Both the position numbers and the translations under genes were made by a program. The notes under the pieces were generated by a model. That model was not told the DNA's origin. It was given only the letters and a program-made list of their open reading frames with translations, and ran no database searches. Positions 8,762-19,796 of a stretch of DNA of 55,211 nucleotides are shown piece by piece. Each line of letters begins with the position of its first letter. The stretch's first letter is position 1. Origin of the DNA: an uncultured Veillonella sp. GTDB lineage: Bacteria; Bacillota; Negativicutes; Veillonellales; Veillonellaceae. Location: assembly GCA_900766125.1 (NCBI GenBank), contig CAAFUD010000261.1, positions 1-55,211 of the forward strand, in the 5' to 3' direction.

Positions 8762-10360
8762 TTACAATTCTTGACCATGATGAGCCATTTCTTGAATATC
8801 CTCTGCTGTTAATTCTTTAGTCGCAACGAATCCACCCTCATTAGAAATTACAATATTATCTACTTTTCGTTCAATTTTATTAGCAATATTGCCTATAATT
8901 TTAGCTTTATTTAGGCTTGTAGCATATGATTTTTGTTGTGGTCTTTCTTGATTTGCATTAGGTAATTTGTGTTTTTCGTCTATACTTTGTTGTGTTTTAT
9001 TAATATTATCTCGATTATCTATACCATTGTTATTGATAATTATACTCTTGTCCTTTATACGGGCTATTACTGTATCGTTAGGTATAGTATTAAGGTATTG
9101 TAGGATTCTATCATACTTTTTAGTTTTAGCTTGTAATGGTTTAATCTTCCCATATAGCGGTTTAATCTTATTATTGATTTCTTGATTATGTTCAATGATA
9201 GCTTGTTTTTTTTGCTCTAATAAGTCTGAAGGAATCTTAGATTCTAATGTTGCTAAATCTGCTTTAGCTTTATTAAACTTTTCTCTACCATCTACACTTA
9301 ACAGACCTTCTTTTTCTTTCCAAAGAGAGGTTTCAATAATAGATTTTAATGATTTAGCTTTTTTTGAGTACCCTTTTACGATTTGATTTTTGGCCCATGT
9401 TTCAATAGCTTGTTCAGGAATTTGTTCTTTGCGTAATTCTTTTATTTCATTTTGTAGTTGCTTTGCAGCTTCAATATTTTGATGTTTTAAATCACCAAAA
9501 TAATCTTTTAAGTTTACAGCATATACAACATTTTGATTATAAAATTCTTGATATAATTTTTCTTGTTGCTTTCTAACTTCTTTACTCATTTCATTATGAA
9601 TTTTATTAATTTGATCTGGTTCTATATGTTGTTGTAAATTCTTTTCTCTATAATATTGAGCAGCAGGAATTCTACGTTGTGGTTCAACATTATCAAATTT
9701 TGCTGCTTCAGAAAAACGGCCTTCTTCAATGAGGGCCTTTTTTTGATTTTTAAAAGAACGATGGTCAACACGTTCTTCCATATCAAAATCTTTATAGTAT
9801 TTATTCGTTAAATCAGCAGCTCTTTCTCTTAATTTATGTACAGTTGCCTTTTGCATAAATTCACGACTTTTACAATATCCAACTGGAAATCCATCTGTTT
9901 CTGTGTATCGTGTAAAGTGCCACTTTGGATCATCATAAGTACGGTCTTTAGTTAATTCTCTTTCATTGAACATAATATGAACATGAACATTATCATGTTC
10001 AGGGTCTGATGAATCTTTAGAATGAATAGCATAGCTATATGTAAATTTTTCTCCGAATGTTTCTTGGCAAAATTCTTGCACCAAAGATTCATTCGCCCAT
10101 AATGGCAACTCTGATGGTAAGGCCCATGTAATTTCTCTATATGCATTTCCATTTGCTCGTTCATATAGAGATGCTGCTTTCCAATAATGATGAGGGGTAG
10201 GGGCCCAATCTGGCATATTACCAGAACCATAAGCTAAAAGATCTTCACGATTTTTATATGCTCCATCTCGATCAATATAATCAAAGTGTGCGGCTGCATT
10301 TAACTTTGAACCATATTTAGTTTTAGGTTGTGATTTTATATTGAAAGAGTAAGTTGCCAT
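8762..10360 (-). CDS. mobA: MobA/MobL-family (MOBQ) relaxase
   Basis: MATY..., AAAHFDYIDRDG, ERANGNAYREITWALPSEL, YAIH...NVHVHIMFNER, RVDHRSF. Confidence 0.92.
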   Translation of the reverse strand: MATYSFNIKSQPKTKYGSKLNAAAHFDYIDRDGAYKNREDLLAYGSGNMPDWAPTPHHYWKAASLYERANGNAYREITWALPSELPLWANESLVQEFCQETFGEKFTYSYAIHSKDSSDPEHDNVHVHIMFNERELTKDRTYDDPKWHFTRYTETDGFPVGYCKSREFMQKATVHKLRERAADLTNKYYKDFDMEERVDHRSFKNQKKALIEEGRFSEAAKFDNVEPQRRIPAAQYYREKNLQQHIEPDQINKIHNEMSKEVRKQQEKLYQEFYNQNVVYAVNLKDYFGDLKHQNIEAAKQLQNEIKELRKEQIPEQAIETWAKNQIVKGYSKKAKSLKSIIETSLWKEKEGLLSVDGREKFNKAKADLATLESKIPSDLLEQKKQAIIEHNQEINNKIKPLYGKIKPLQAKTKKYDRILQYLNTIPNDTVIARIKDKSIIINNNGIDNRDNINKTQQSIDEKHKLPNANQERPQQKSYATSLNKAKIIGNIANKIERKVDNIVISNEGGFVATKELTAEDIQEMAHHGQEL

Positions 10361-10425
10361 TTTGTGTCCTAAAAAATTTACTATTGCCGAAGGCTACTGA
10401 ACGAAGTGAACCCTCCACGGGAAGT

Positions 10426-10468
10426 GGCCCATGCGCATTTCTGTGGTTTTTGTGAGCAAAAATCTGAA
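10426..10468 (-). promoter_or_regulatory. Probable oriT (MOBQ type)
   Basis: Minus strand reads tttttg-ctca-caaaaa hairpin then AAATGCG^C, the same layout as RSF1010-type nic sites; immediately upstream of the relaxase. Confidence 0.65.
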
Positions 10469-10672
10469 GAAGAAATAGAAATGCTTAAATGGGCATTCTG
10501 TTTATTTCTATTTTACTAAATTGTCTGATTTTCGTAAATAGAGTGGTGAATCTATTTTCAATAAATAGGTGAGCCATAAAAAAAGAGAAGCCCAGTGAGC
10601 TTCTCTTTTTGCTGTATTGGTAAAACCAATACAATGAGATGATATACTTTTCTATTTTTTCTAATGACGGTT

Positions 10673-11899
10673 CTAACAATTTGATTCTGCTTTTCGTATA
10701 TTAGTGATATATTCCTTTAATGCTTTTACACCTTCTTCTGAATAAGGAACTTTATGAGGAGTAAAATCTTCTTTGAAAAAATACACTATACGTTCATTTC
10801 CATTTCTTCCACCACCATCACTAAACAAATCAGTATTACTTCTAATAAGTTCTACTATTTGTTTGGAAAATTCTTTATTCATATTTTGTTGTGCTGTTAT
10901 ACTATTTGTATTTTGTAGTTTATTTCTGAATGCTTCAATTTCAGAAACAGAAGAGTATGTCATCTGACAATTAGATGATCTAAAATTTTTGTGTCCGTAA
11001 AAAATTTCTTCACCACTTGTAATTAGTGATAATGGTTGATTACAACATGGACATAATATTTCTTGTTTCGTTTTTTTTTCTTTTACAGCTTTCGGCGGTT
11101 GAGCGGTTGTTAAAGTTGGTATCTGATTTTCTTTAGATTTTGATTTTTTCTTAACAACTTTATTTTTTACTTCCGTACCACTCAATGATACTCCTGATAG
11201 TTGATTATCTGGAAATGTATCTTGAATCTGAAATGGTTTAAATACAAATCGTAATTGTTTAATAGAGCGACCTTCTCTAATTTTTTCAATTTTCAAATCC
11301 TTAAAAATTGTACTTAATGATTTAATCGCAGGTGAAATTATCTTTTGTGTAATTTTACGCATATCGTAAGAATCAGGAATATCTAGTATATGTCGTAAAT
11401 ACTCTACTTCAACAACATATACACCTGTTTTTTTAAATTGCTGTAATTGCCGATATAAATTTTTAGTGTATTTAGATTGCAGTTCAGTATATTCCTTTAG
11501 TTGCATGACTGTAAAATTTTGAGTTAACTCATTAATCATATAGGCGAACTTTGGATTGACTGAAATTGTGATTTGTTTAGTAATAATATTACCTTCAAAT
11601 TTATCAAATAATATAAATCCACCAAAGGTAGTATCAGTTTCATAATAAGCAGCTACTCTAATTAATTTTTGATATGTTTCTTTTATTATGCTAATTAATT
11701 CGCTTTCATCATAGACTGTAATATTACTGATTTTTTTTAAATCGTTAAAAGTTAAAGTTAATTCATTTAACCCATGATCTTTCATAATAGCGCAAATAGC
11801 AAAGAACACATTGGATTCTCTAGCATTCAATCCTTTTAATGTTATTTGATTAAGATCATTGTGATATTTTAATAACATTGTACTATTTTTTCGTCGCAT
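10673..11899 (-). CDS. Rep_3-family plasmid replication initiator
   Basis: KYHNDLN, ESNVFFAIC, LQSKYTKNLYRQLQQFKKTG, LDIPDSY, IISPAIK; adjacent to iterons. Confidence 0.9.
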   Translation of the reverse strand: MRRKNSTMLLKYHNDLNQITLKGLNARESNVFFAICAIMKDHGLNELTLTFNDLKKISNITVYDESELISIIKETYQKLIRVAAYYETDTTFGGFILFDKFEGNIITKQITISVNPKFAYMINELTQNFTVMQLKEYTELQSKYTKNLYRQLQQFKKTGVYVVEVEYLRHILDIPDSYDMRKITQKIISPAIKSLSTIFKDLKIEKIREGRSIKQLRFVFKPFQIQDTFPDNQLSGVSLSGTEVKNKVVKKKSKSKENQIPTLTTAQPPKAVKEKKTKQEILCPCCNQPLSLITSGEEIFYGHKNFRSSNCQMTYSSVSEIEAFRNKLQNTNSITAQQNMNKEFSKQIVELIRSNTDLFSDGGGRNGNERIVYFFKEDFTPHKVPYSEEGVKALKEYITNIRKAESNC

Positions 11900-12014
11900 C
11901 TTTGCCTCCTGGGCTTATATTCATGTGCATAAAATTACAATATCTAAAAAAATCAAATTATTGTTAATTTATATATACAAAGTATACTCTATTATATGTG
12001 CCTTAGTCAAATTA

Positions 12015-12384
12015 ATATGGGTACTTAATTATTCGTAAATTATTACTTATTAAAATTGGTTCAAAAAATAGGTACATAAAATTCTTAAATGTACCCTTTT
12101 TTTGAGCAGTTCAAAAAATATCTATTTAAGCAGATAATATCTATATTTATTCTATTAAAGTACCCATTTTTTGTAACTAAAAAAATAGGTATTATTTACT
12201 ATGGGTACATACCTATAAAGCTAGATAGAATATAGGTTTATCCCTGTGGATAACTTTTATAAATCTAAGTTTTTTACAAAATAGCCTGTGGATAAATTCA
12301 AAAAATGGGTACATTGAACTCAAAAAACGGGTACATCAAATTCAAAAAATGGGTACATGAACCTCAAAAAATGGGTACATATGG
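12015..12384. repeat. oriV: four tandem 22-bp iterons (12297-12384), two DnaA boxes and dispersed/inverted iteron copies
   Basis: YTCAAAAAAYGGGTACAT at 12297, 12319, 12341, 12363; TGTGGATAA at 12245 and 12287; partial copies near 12060, 12089 (inverted) and 12160 (inverted). Confidence 0.9.
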
Positions 12385-12683
12385 GTCTGGGAACCCTAGT
12401 ATTTATGCACCTCGGCACACCCCCTAAAAAAGAAGAAAAAAGATAATAAAAATATTAGAAAAAAAAAGCGTTTTTTTTCTGATTGTTTTTGCACAATATT
12501 CTAATTTTGATAGTCAGTAATTCAAAATAATAATATTAATTAGAACTCAAAATAGTGTTTCATGTTATTTTAAAATAATATGAGTTTTTTAATTGTCATT
12601 CACTGAATTATAGATTATGATATAGTGAGATAATTTAATTATCTGGTTTTATTTCTCATATTAAAAAAAGGGAGGTATTTTCT

Positions 12684-13430
12684 TTGACAGATTTTAAAGA
12701 AAAAGGCACTGCCTTAGATCCGTTCCTGAAAGGTAGAGAAGAACACTTCTCATACGTCGAGCGAATCTTAGATAGTGCAAACACATTCAAGAAGATTGCT
12801 GTTGGTGCAACGCTAGTAGCGTTAGTAGCATCTCTATCAGCAGGCTACTTGGCAACACGGAGTGAATATATTCCGTTTATTATTCGTGCAGATAAAGTAA
12901 CGGGTTATACCGATGCTGTAGGCCCTGTTACACAGCAAGAATATAAGCCCACAGAGGCAGAAACAAAGTACTTCTTAACGGACTTTATTAAAAAAGTTCG
13001 TACAGTACCACTTGATCCAGTGGTATATCAAAAGAACTGGAAAGATGCTCAAATATTCTTAACAGAAGGAGCAGCTAAAAAGCTTAATGCTATTAGTGAA
13101 TCACAAGGCCATTTTAGTAAGCTTGGCTCTTCTACAGTAGAACCTACTGTGCTTGGTATTACTCGCTTGTCTAACTCGGATAATACATATCAAATTCGTT
13201 GGCAAGAAGTAGATTACGGTATTAATAGTGGTCAAGGCACTCAACAAAATTACATTGGTACGTTTACTATTAAAACTGGTGAATTAGGAACTGAAGCTGA
13301 TTTGTATAAGAATCCACTTGGCATTAAAATTACAGATATTTCTTTCAGTCTTGAAAACGCTGCGCAAAGCAGTGAACCTGCTAAAAAAGCTAATACAGCA
13401 CAACAAAACCAGAAAGCAGGTGACAAATAA
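12684..13430 (+). CDS. trbF: TrbF/VirB8-family T4SS protein
   Basis: N-terminal TM, VRTVPLDPVV...W, YQIRWQE, KNPLGIKITD. Confidence 0.85.
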   Translation: MTDFKEKGTALDPFLKGREEHFSYVERILDSANTFKKIAVGATLVALVASLSAGYLATRSEYIPFIIRADKVTGYTDAVGPVTQQEYKPTEAETKYFLTDFIKKVRTVPLDPVVYQKNWKDAQIFLTEGAAKKLNAISESQGHFSKLGSSTVEPTVLGITRLSNSDNTYQIRWQEVDYGINSGQGTQQNYIGTFTIKTGELGTEADLYKNPLGIKITDISFSLENAAQSSEPAKKANTAQQNQKAGDK

Positions 13431-14569
13431 TGCAATCAAAAGCTCGTAAATTATGTATTGCTATGTCACTTGCAACTATGTGTATAGGTGGTACTTCGTT
13501 TGCTGCTATTGAACCTGGTTATATTACACCTCATGATAGTAATTTAACAGGCTCCAATGTTGTCTATACGTATGATTCTAACAATCAATTTAAAGTGCGT
13601 GGTAAACTAGGGTATTTAACGGACTTAACACTTGGTCGTAATGAAAAACTAACTAGCATCGTTGCAGGTAATACTGATGATTGGAAAGTATCAACGGCTG
13701 TAGTTGATCAAACACCTCATGTATACTTAAAACCTGTAGTGAAAGAAGCTAAAACTACAAACTTGATTGTTAATACTAATAAACGTTCGTATCGTTTTAT
13801 TGTTAGACAAGATGAGTACTATGATGATGTTGTATCTTTTAACAATCTAACGACTGCTGTAGATTCAACGACTACCATTAGTCAAAGTAGTACTCAAAAA
13901 GATTCTACTGGAACAGTAGAGCAAATCAATCGTGATTATAAGTATGAAATAGCACAAAATGTACGAAAAACGTTAATTCCTAATAGTATTTGGGATGATG
14001 GTATTAAGACATATATTGAAGTGCCTACAACAAACATTAGAAATTTACCTGTAGTATATTCTGTTGATAAAAAAGGCAAATTATCTATGGTAAATAGTCG
14101 TTTGCAAGGTCATTATATTGTGATTGATACCGTGTTAGCTCGTTTACAGCTACGTTTTAAAACAGATTCGTATTTAACTGTTGTCAATAATAAAGAAGCA
14201 GGTATTAAACCTGTTAAGGTGAAAGAGTTAAATCAAACACTTAATCAAGGTGGTATGTCTGCTGTTTCTATTGATGAAGTAGGTATTCCTCTTCAATCGG
14301 TAAATACAGAACAAATTAAGACTGATAAGCAAAGTAAATCGTCTAATTTAGTTCAAGTTAAACAGGCATTACAACAATCTATTAAAGATACAGTTAATCA
14401 CGCTAAACTAGATGTACAAGGTAAACCACGTATTATTATTACTCGTGATAGTGATAATAATCCTGTTAGCAATGTAACTAGTGTTGCAACAACAAACTCT
14501 AATCATTCAATTGATTGGGTTCCTCTAAAAGATAGAATTGCTAATCTACAGAAAGGAGGAACTAAATAA
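13430..14569 (+). CDS. trbG: TrbG/VirB9-family T4SS protein
   Basis: Signal peptide, TNLIVNTNKRSY, IWDDGIKTYI, VNSR; position in operon. Confidence 0.85.
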   Translation: MQSKARKLCIAMSLATMCIGGTSFAAIEPGYITPHDSNLTGSNVVYTYDSNNQFKVRGKLGYLTDLTLGRNEKLTSIVAGNTDDWKVSTAVVDQTPHVYLKPVVKEAKTTNLIVNTNKRSYRFIVRQDEYYDDVVSFNNLTTAVDSTTTISQSSTQKDSTGTVEQINRDYKYEIAQNVRKTLIPNSIWDDGIKTYIEVPTTNIRNLPVVYSVDKKGKLSMVNSRLQGHYIVIDTVLARLQLRFKTDSYLTVVNNKEAGIKPVKVKELNQTLNQGGMSAVSIDEVGIPLQSVNTEQIKTDKQSKSSNLVQVKQALQQSIKDTVNHAKLDVQGKPRIIITRDSDNNPVSNVTSVATTNSNHSIDWVPLKDRIANLQKGGTK

Positions 14570-15915
14570 TGTCTATTAGAGATATGTTTAATAAGGTATT
14601 AGGTAAACGTGAACCTGATGAATTTACTAATTTTGATTCTGAAACAGAAGCTGAATTAGGGGATGCATCTCGTAATGAACATAAACCCGATGAGGAACAA
14701 CTTAATGATACAGAAAGCTTTGATGATGATGTAGAAGCCGCTACATTCTCTAATGATGATACTAAACCTGCTGTTAAAGGCTTTAAAAAAGGTGCTGTAT
14801 ATGGTGCTATAGGTCTTATAGCGTTTGGTTCAGCAGCTGCCATGGTTATGCATAACATGGATGGCGGTAATAAACCTAATCCTAATCAGTCTAGCTCTTC
14901 CGTTGGCATTAGTGCTAATGGTGGTTCTGTAGCAGGCCCTGATTTAGGATTTGATTCATATGCTTCAATGGGGCAATATGATAATGAAAAAAAATTAGAT
15001 GCTGCATCTAAAAACAAACCAGGGGCCCCTGGTTCTGTAAACACTGTAGGTACACAATCTGTACCACAAGCAAGCGGTAATAATACTGTTAGACAAGTTC
15101 CTAACCGTGTAGGGACTAGTTCTTATAATGCTTCTGCTCCTACTGGCAGCAGTTCGCCTAATTATCAATCTGGTAATGTTAGTGGTGGCTCTATTACAAG
15201 TCGTAATAATCCATATGCAAGTGCTATTGCCTTTGCATTAAGTGGTGGGAATGCTATTACAGATAGCACTAGTGGTGATGCTAGTTCTGATTCTGGCTCT
15301 AGTATTTCAACTAACACACCTGATTATAGTAGCTATACAACGGCTGATCGTGTATTGCTAACTGGTACGTTAGTACCTGTAACACTTATTACAGGTATTG
15401 ATTCTTCACTTAATGGCTCTGTAACCGCACAAGTTCGTGAAAATGTATATGATTCAATAACGGGTTCCTCTATTCTTATCCCTGCTGGTTCTCGTCTAAT
15501 TGGTGAATATGATGGTAGTGGAATGAATGCAGGTCGTGTATCTGTTAAATTTACTCGGATTATGTTCCCTGATGGTAATAGTGTTGCTTTAAACAATTCA
15601 TTAGGTGTTGATGCAATGGGCTTTGGTGGTGTAAAAGATTTATATTCTGAACATACTGGTAAAGCTGTTGGCGCATCCTTTATCACTAGTCTATTAGCAG
15701 GTATTGCAGGTTCTTCTAGTGATGGAAGTGGTTCTGATAATCGCTCATCTGGCCAAGAAGCCATTAATCATGCAATTTCTAATGTGTTAAACACTGGCAA
15801 TGAAATTGTTAAGAAAAAATTGGAAGTTGGTGCAACGGCTATTATTCGTCCAGGATTTGAATTCAATGTGATGTTAAATTCTGATTTAGCACTTGAACCT
15901 TATTATGGTGAATAA
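14569..15915 (+). CDS. trbI: TrbI/VirB10-family T4SS protein
   Basis: LITGIDSSLNG.VTAQVRENVYDS.TG..ILIPAGSRLIGEY, IRPGFEFNV. Confidence 0.92.
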   Translation: MSIRDMFNKVLGKREPDEFTNFDSETEAELGDASRNEHKPDEEQLNDTESFDDDVEAATFSNDDTKPAVKGFKKGAVYGAIGLIAFGSAAAMVMHNMDGGNKPNPNQSSSSVGISANGGSVAGPDLGFDSYASMGQYDNEKKLDAASKNKPGAPGSVNTVGTQSVPQASGNNTVRQVPNRVGTSSYNASAPTGSSSPNYQSGNVSGGSITSRNNPYASAIAFALSGGNAITDSTSGDASSDSGSSISTNTPDYSSYTTADRVLLTGTLVPVTLITGIDSSLNGSVTAQVRENVYDSITGSSILIPAGSRLIGEYDGSGMNAGRVSVKFTRIMFPDGNSVALNNSLGVDAMGFGGVKDLYSEHTGKAVGASFITSLLAGIAGSSSDGSGSDNRSSGQEAINHAISNVLNTGNEIVKKKLEVGATAIIRPGFEFNVMLNSDLALEPYYGE

Positions 15916-15917
15916 TC

Positions 15918-18011
15918 ATGATTAGGGTTTTATTAGCCCTGATTACATTATGTATAGCGTTAGCTTGTTCTACTCAATTATTAGCCTCTTATGTTCATTA
16001 TGATCCATTAATAGGGCAACCTTTATTTACTATCGGTGCAACGCCTTATTATTGGTTTTTCAAATATTTAGTCTGGATTGCTTTATTTGGTAAATATGTA
16101 CCTTCATTAGTAATGAAGTCTGCACTACCTTTATTAGTTTGGATTGTTGCTATGTTTGGTGTTAGTTTTGCTAACATGAAAAAACCAGTAAAAGATTATC
16201 ATGGTAATGCATCCTATGCTGAATTTGCTGACATTAAAAAAATGGGATTCTTCCCTAAATCTGGTGTTATTTGCGGGATTCAAGAAACTGGATTACTCCG
16301 TAAAGAAGCATTGACTAATGTATTAGGAACATTTATTTCGCCTCAAAAAATTAATTCATGGCTAATGACATGGGGTAAAAAACTCGGTTTATACAAATAC
16401 AAGTATATTAAGCATGATGATAAGCATCATATGATTGTCTTAGCACCAACTCGTTCTGGTAAAGGCGTTGGCTTAATTGTTCCAACACTATTAGGGGAAT
16501 GGAAAGGTTCTTGTATTGTAACCGATATTAAAGGTGAAAACTGGGGGATAACCGCAGGCTATCGTCAAAAAGTAATGGGGCAAAAGGTTATAAAATTTGA
16601 ACCTACAGCATCTGATGGCACGTCTGCACGATTTAATCCGTTTAATGAAGTTCGATTTGGTACAAAATATGAAATTAGTGACATTCAGAACGTCGCAGGG
16701 ATTATTGTTGACCCTGAAGGGAAAGGCGATTTGGATCACTGGAAATTATCTGCTCGTAACTTGCTTGTAGGATTGATATGTCATATGCACTATGCACATA
16801 TTATTAATCCTACAGAAAATGCACCTCTAACGTTAAATCAATTAGCTAGTACGTTAAAAAATTCACTAGTACCAGATCCAGATAATCCTGGAAACTATAA
16901 AGCCTTAGGTTTTTTTGAATCTGTTGAATCGTTAACTCAATATAAACATTGGCCAGAAGAAGGGATGTCAATGGAAACGATTGATGCTGACCGTAATAGT
17001 AAAACTTATGGGGAACGCAAAATGATTACTGTCAATACAGAACATATGCGTACTTTATATCCAGAAGCTACTAATCTAACTGTTCCAGGTCTTAATCAAA
17101 CGCATCCTATTGCGTTTGAATCGTTTATTGATATTGCTTCAAAAGCGGAAAATGAACGGGCTTCCGTTGTTTCTACCGCTAATGCCTTATTAACCCTATA
17201 TTCTGATCCTGTTCTTGCTATGAATACATATGAAAGTGATTTCACATTGTATGACATTATGAACTATAAGGATCCTGTTACGTTATATCTAATTACTCCG
17301 CCTTCTGATATTAAACGTATTCAACCATTATTCCGTTTACTTGTTGAAATGATTGTTCGCCATAATACTCGAGATATGAAATTTGAAGATGGTAAACAAG
17401 TTGATACCTTTAAGCATAGGTGTTTATTGTTACTTGATGAATTTCCTGCACTGGGTCGTATGGATACCTTTGAAGAACAGTTAGCATACATTGCGGGGTA
17501 TGGATTAAAAGCGTTTATGATATGTCAAGGTTTACCACAGTTACAAAAAATTTACACAAAAGAAAATTCTATTGTAACTAACTGTCATATTCAAATCTTT
17601 TACGCTCCGAATGATACGGTTACAGCCGATGAAATTGAAAAGCAGCTTGGTAAATATACTGAAGAAGTTGAAACTTGGTCTAAACAACCTGGATTCTTTC
17701 AAGGTAAATCCCATAGTAATAGCTATATTGCAAAAAGTTTAATGACGGCTGACGAATCAAAACGGATGGGCGATAAAGAATTAATTTTTATGACTGGCGA
17801 AAAGCCTATTTTGACTGAAAAAGTAAAGTATTATATGGATTCGTATTTTAGTTCTCGTGTTATGAATGCACCTGCTAAATCAGATGTTATTCCAAAATTA
17901 AACTCTCCTAATACACAACCTACAACTCTCACACAAACACAACCAACAAAACATGAAACTAAACCATCCTCTAATACGGTAGATGATATTGTAATTGAAA
18001 AAATAATTTAG
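15918..18011 (+). CDS. traG: TraG/VirD4 type IV coupling protein
   Basis: Walker A APTRSGKGVGLIVPTLL, DIKGENW, LLLDEFPALG. Confidence 0.95.
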   Translation: MIRVLLALITLCIALACSTQLLASYVHYDPLIGQPLFTIGATPYYWFFKYLVWIALFGKYVPSLVMKSALPLLVWIVAMFGVSFANMKKPVKDYHGNASYAEFADIKKMGFFPKSGVICGIQETGLLRKEALTNVLGTFISPQKINSWLMTWGKKLGLYKYKYIKHDDKHHMIVLAPTRSGKGVGLIVPTLLGEWKGSCIVTDIKGENWGITAGYRQKVMGQKVIKFEPTASDGTSARFNPFNEVRFGTKYEISDIQNVAGIIVDPEGKGDLDHWKLSARNLLVGLICHMHYAHIINPTENAPLTLNQLASTLKNSLVPDPDNPGNYKALGFFESVESLTQYKHWPEEGMSMETIDADRNSKTYGERKMITVNTEHMRTLYPEATNLTVPGLNQTHPIAFESFIDIASKAENERASVVSTANALLTLYSDPVLAMNTYESDFTLYDIMNYKDPVTLYLITPPSDIKRIQPLFRLLVEMIVRHNTRDMKFEDGKQVDTFKHRCLLLLDEFPALGRMDTFEEQLAYIAGYGLKAFMICQGLPQLQKIYTKENSIVTNCHIQIFYAPNDTVTADEIEKQLGKYTEEVETWSKQPGFFQGKSHSNSYIAKSLMTADESKRMGDKELIFMTGEKPILTEKVKYYMDSYFSSRVMNAPAKSDVIPKLNSPNTQPTTLTQTQPTKHETKPSSNTVDDIVIEKII

Positions 18012-18019
18012 GTGATAAT

Positions 18020-18373
18020 ATGGCTAAAAAAAATACGCTATTTACAGCGTTAAAAAAATCTATTGATGCAAAAAAACGATTAGAAAAACATGATAGTGCG
18101 ATAAATAAACATGAACAAGAGATTGAACGTCTTAAAAGTTTAATCATAAAAGATAGTTTAATAGCTGAAGCTACAGGGGCTAATGAAATGTTTTCAGAAT
18201 TTGGCTTTGAGAGCGTTGAAATTCGTCTTGGGGCGTTATTATATGCTGATGAGTATGTAAAGGCCTCTGACGACGAAAATAGGGCCTTAGATGAGTTCTA
18301 TACGAAAGGAAAGGCGTACTTAGAAACTCTATCCTCTGAACCATCTGAAGATATTAATTCAATTGGTGAATAA
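18020..18373 (+). CDS. Small conjugation protein, possibly TraC/TraD-like relaxosome accessory
   Basis: Coiled-coil N-terminus and LGALL...F..KGK..L pattern; inside the tra operon. Confidence 0.45.
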   Translation: MAKKNTLFTALKKSIDAKKRLEKHDSAINKHEQEIERLKSLIIKDSLIAEATGANEMFSEFGFESVEIRLGALLYADEYVKASDDENRALDEFYTKGKAYLETLSSEPSEDINSIGE

Positions 18374-18374
18374 G

Positions 18375-19397
18375 ATGACTGAAACAAATACACAAGAAGC
18401 TATTAATAAAAAAGTTAATAGTATGCTTGAATTTTCTTTTGGTCGATTATGGCCTATATTACAACAAGATACAATTGGGGAAGTGTATGTTAATGAAGAT
18501 GGCTATGTATTTGTTAATGATTTAACCAAAGGGAAACAAAAAACAGATATATACTTATCTCCGTCTGAATCTAAAGTTCTTATTGAGGCGGTGGCAGGTG
18601 CTGTTAATGAAGTGATTAATAATGATCGTCCACATTTGGGGTGTGAATTGTATTCGTTAAATGCTCGTTTTCAAGCACAGTTACCACCGCTAGTTAGGAA
18701 TCCAACATTTATGATTCGTAAAAAAGCATCTACTATATTCTCGTTTGAAGAATATATTCAAAAGGGGTTTATTACAAAAGAAGGCGCTGATTATTTAGTT
18801 AACGCCGTAAAAGAACATAAAAATATATTAGTAACAGGCGGGACTGGTACAGGGAAAACTACATTTCTTAACACATTATTGAAATGTGTTGAATTATATA
18901 CTCCATATGATCGAACGGTTATCTTAGAGGATTTAAGCGAATTACAATCCAATATTAATGATTGTTTACGAATGCAAACTAGAGTAGATACTGATCCGAA
19001 TAAAAGCGTTACGATGCAAACATTGATTTGGCTATCAATGCGTAATTCTCCGAATCGAATTATCGTTGGGGAAGTTCGTGATGGTTCTGCTTATGATTTG
19101 TTAAAAGGATGGAATACTGGCCATCCAGGTGGATTTGGAACAACTCATGCAAATGGGGCATTAGAAGGATTAGATCGTTTGGAATCATTAATTTATGAAA
19201 ATCCAACGGCTAAAGGCAATTTTAGACAATTGTTAGGTCAAGCTGTCAATATAATTGTTGATATTGGCCGTATTGATATTCCTAACGGCCCTTCTAAACG
19301 CTTTATTCGTGACATTATTGAAGTGAAGGGGTTTAACCGTCATACAGAATCATATGACACAAGTATTATTTATCATAAGGAAGGAAGTGAACCATGA
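18375..19397 (+). CDS. trbB: TrbB/VirB11 ATPase
   Basis: GGTGTGKTT, RIIVGEVRDG, WNTGHPGG.GTTHAN. Confidence 0.95.
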   Translation: MTETNTQEAINKKVNSMLEFSFGRLWPILQQDTIGEVYVNEDGYVFVNDLTKGKQKTDIYLSPSESKVLIEAVAGAVNEVINNDRPHLGCELYSLNARFQAQLPPLVRNPTFMIRKKASTIFSFEEYIQKGFITKEGADYLVNAVKEHKNILVTGGTGTGKTTFLNTLLKCVELYTPYDRTVILEDLSELQSNINDCLRMQTRVDTDPNKSVTMQTLIWLSMRNSPNRIIVGEVRDGSAYDLLKGWNTGHPGGFGTTHANGALEGLDRLESLIYENPTAKGNFRQLLGQAVNIIVDIGRIDIPNGPSKRFIRDIIEVKGFNRHTESYDTSIIYHKEGSEP

Positions 19398-19771
19398 TGA
19401 GCCGTCACAAGTATACTCATAAAGATATTAAAAATCCGTTTGAGCTTTATGAGCCAGATGTTGACGATATAAGCGTAACTCTACCCACCTCTGATGAATC
19501 TGAACAGGATGAAACAATTGATGTTGAAAAAACAGATAAACCTGTTAAAGATATGACGAAAGAAGAAAAATTCAAATACTATGCGGAAAAGCGTGTGAAT
19601 ACAATCCTAAAAGAATTAGCAGGATTAAGTGATATGGCCTCTACTTATGCAGGTGTTTACGATAAACCTATGGTAGATGCTATGATGATGACTATTTCAT
19701 CTGCTACTAATTCCACTAAGGAAATATTTCAGAAACGGGCCCATGTATTACCAACATTTTCATTTGATTAA
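19394..19771 (+). CDS. Hypothetical protein
   Basis: ATGA-coupled to trbB; EKF...AEKRVN motif. Confidence 0.6.
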   Translation: MMSRHKYTHKDIKNPFELYEPDVDDISVTLPTSDESEQDETIDVEKTDKPVKDMTKEEKFKYYAEKRVNTILKELAGLSDMASTYAGVYDKPMVDAMMMTISSATNSTKEIFQKRAHVLPTFSFD

Positions 19772-19796
19772 TGCTGATTTAAGAAAGGATTCTTTT

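Noticed and set aside
10485..10679. 64-aa ORF between rep and oriT
   Set aside because: Crosses a terminator-like hairpin (10578-10610) and has no clear RBS or motif.
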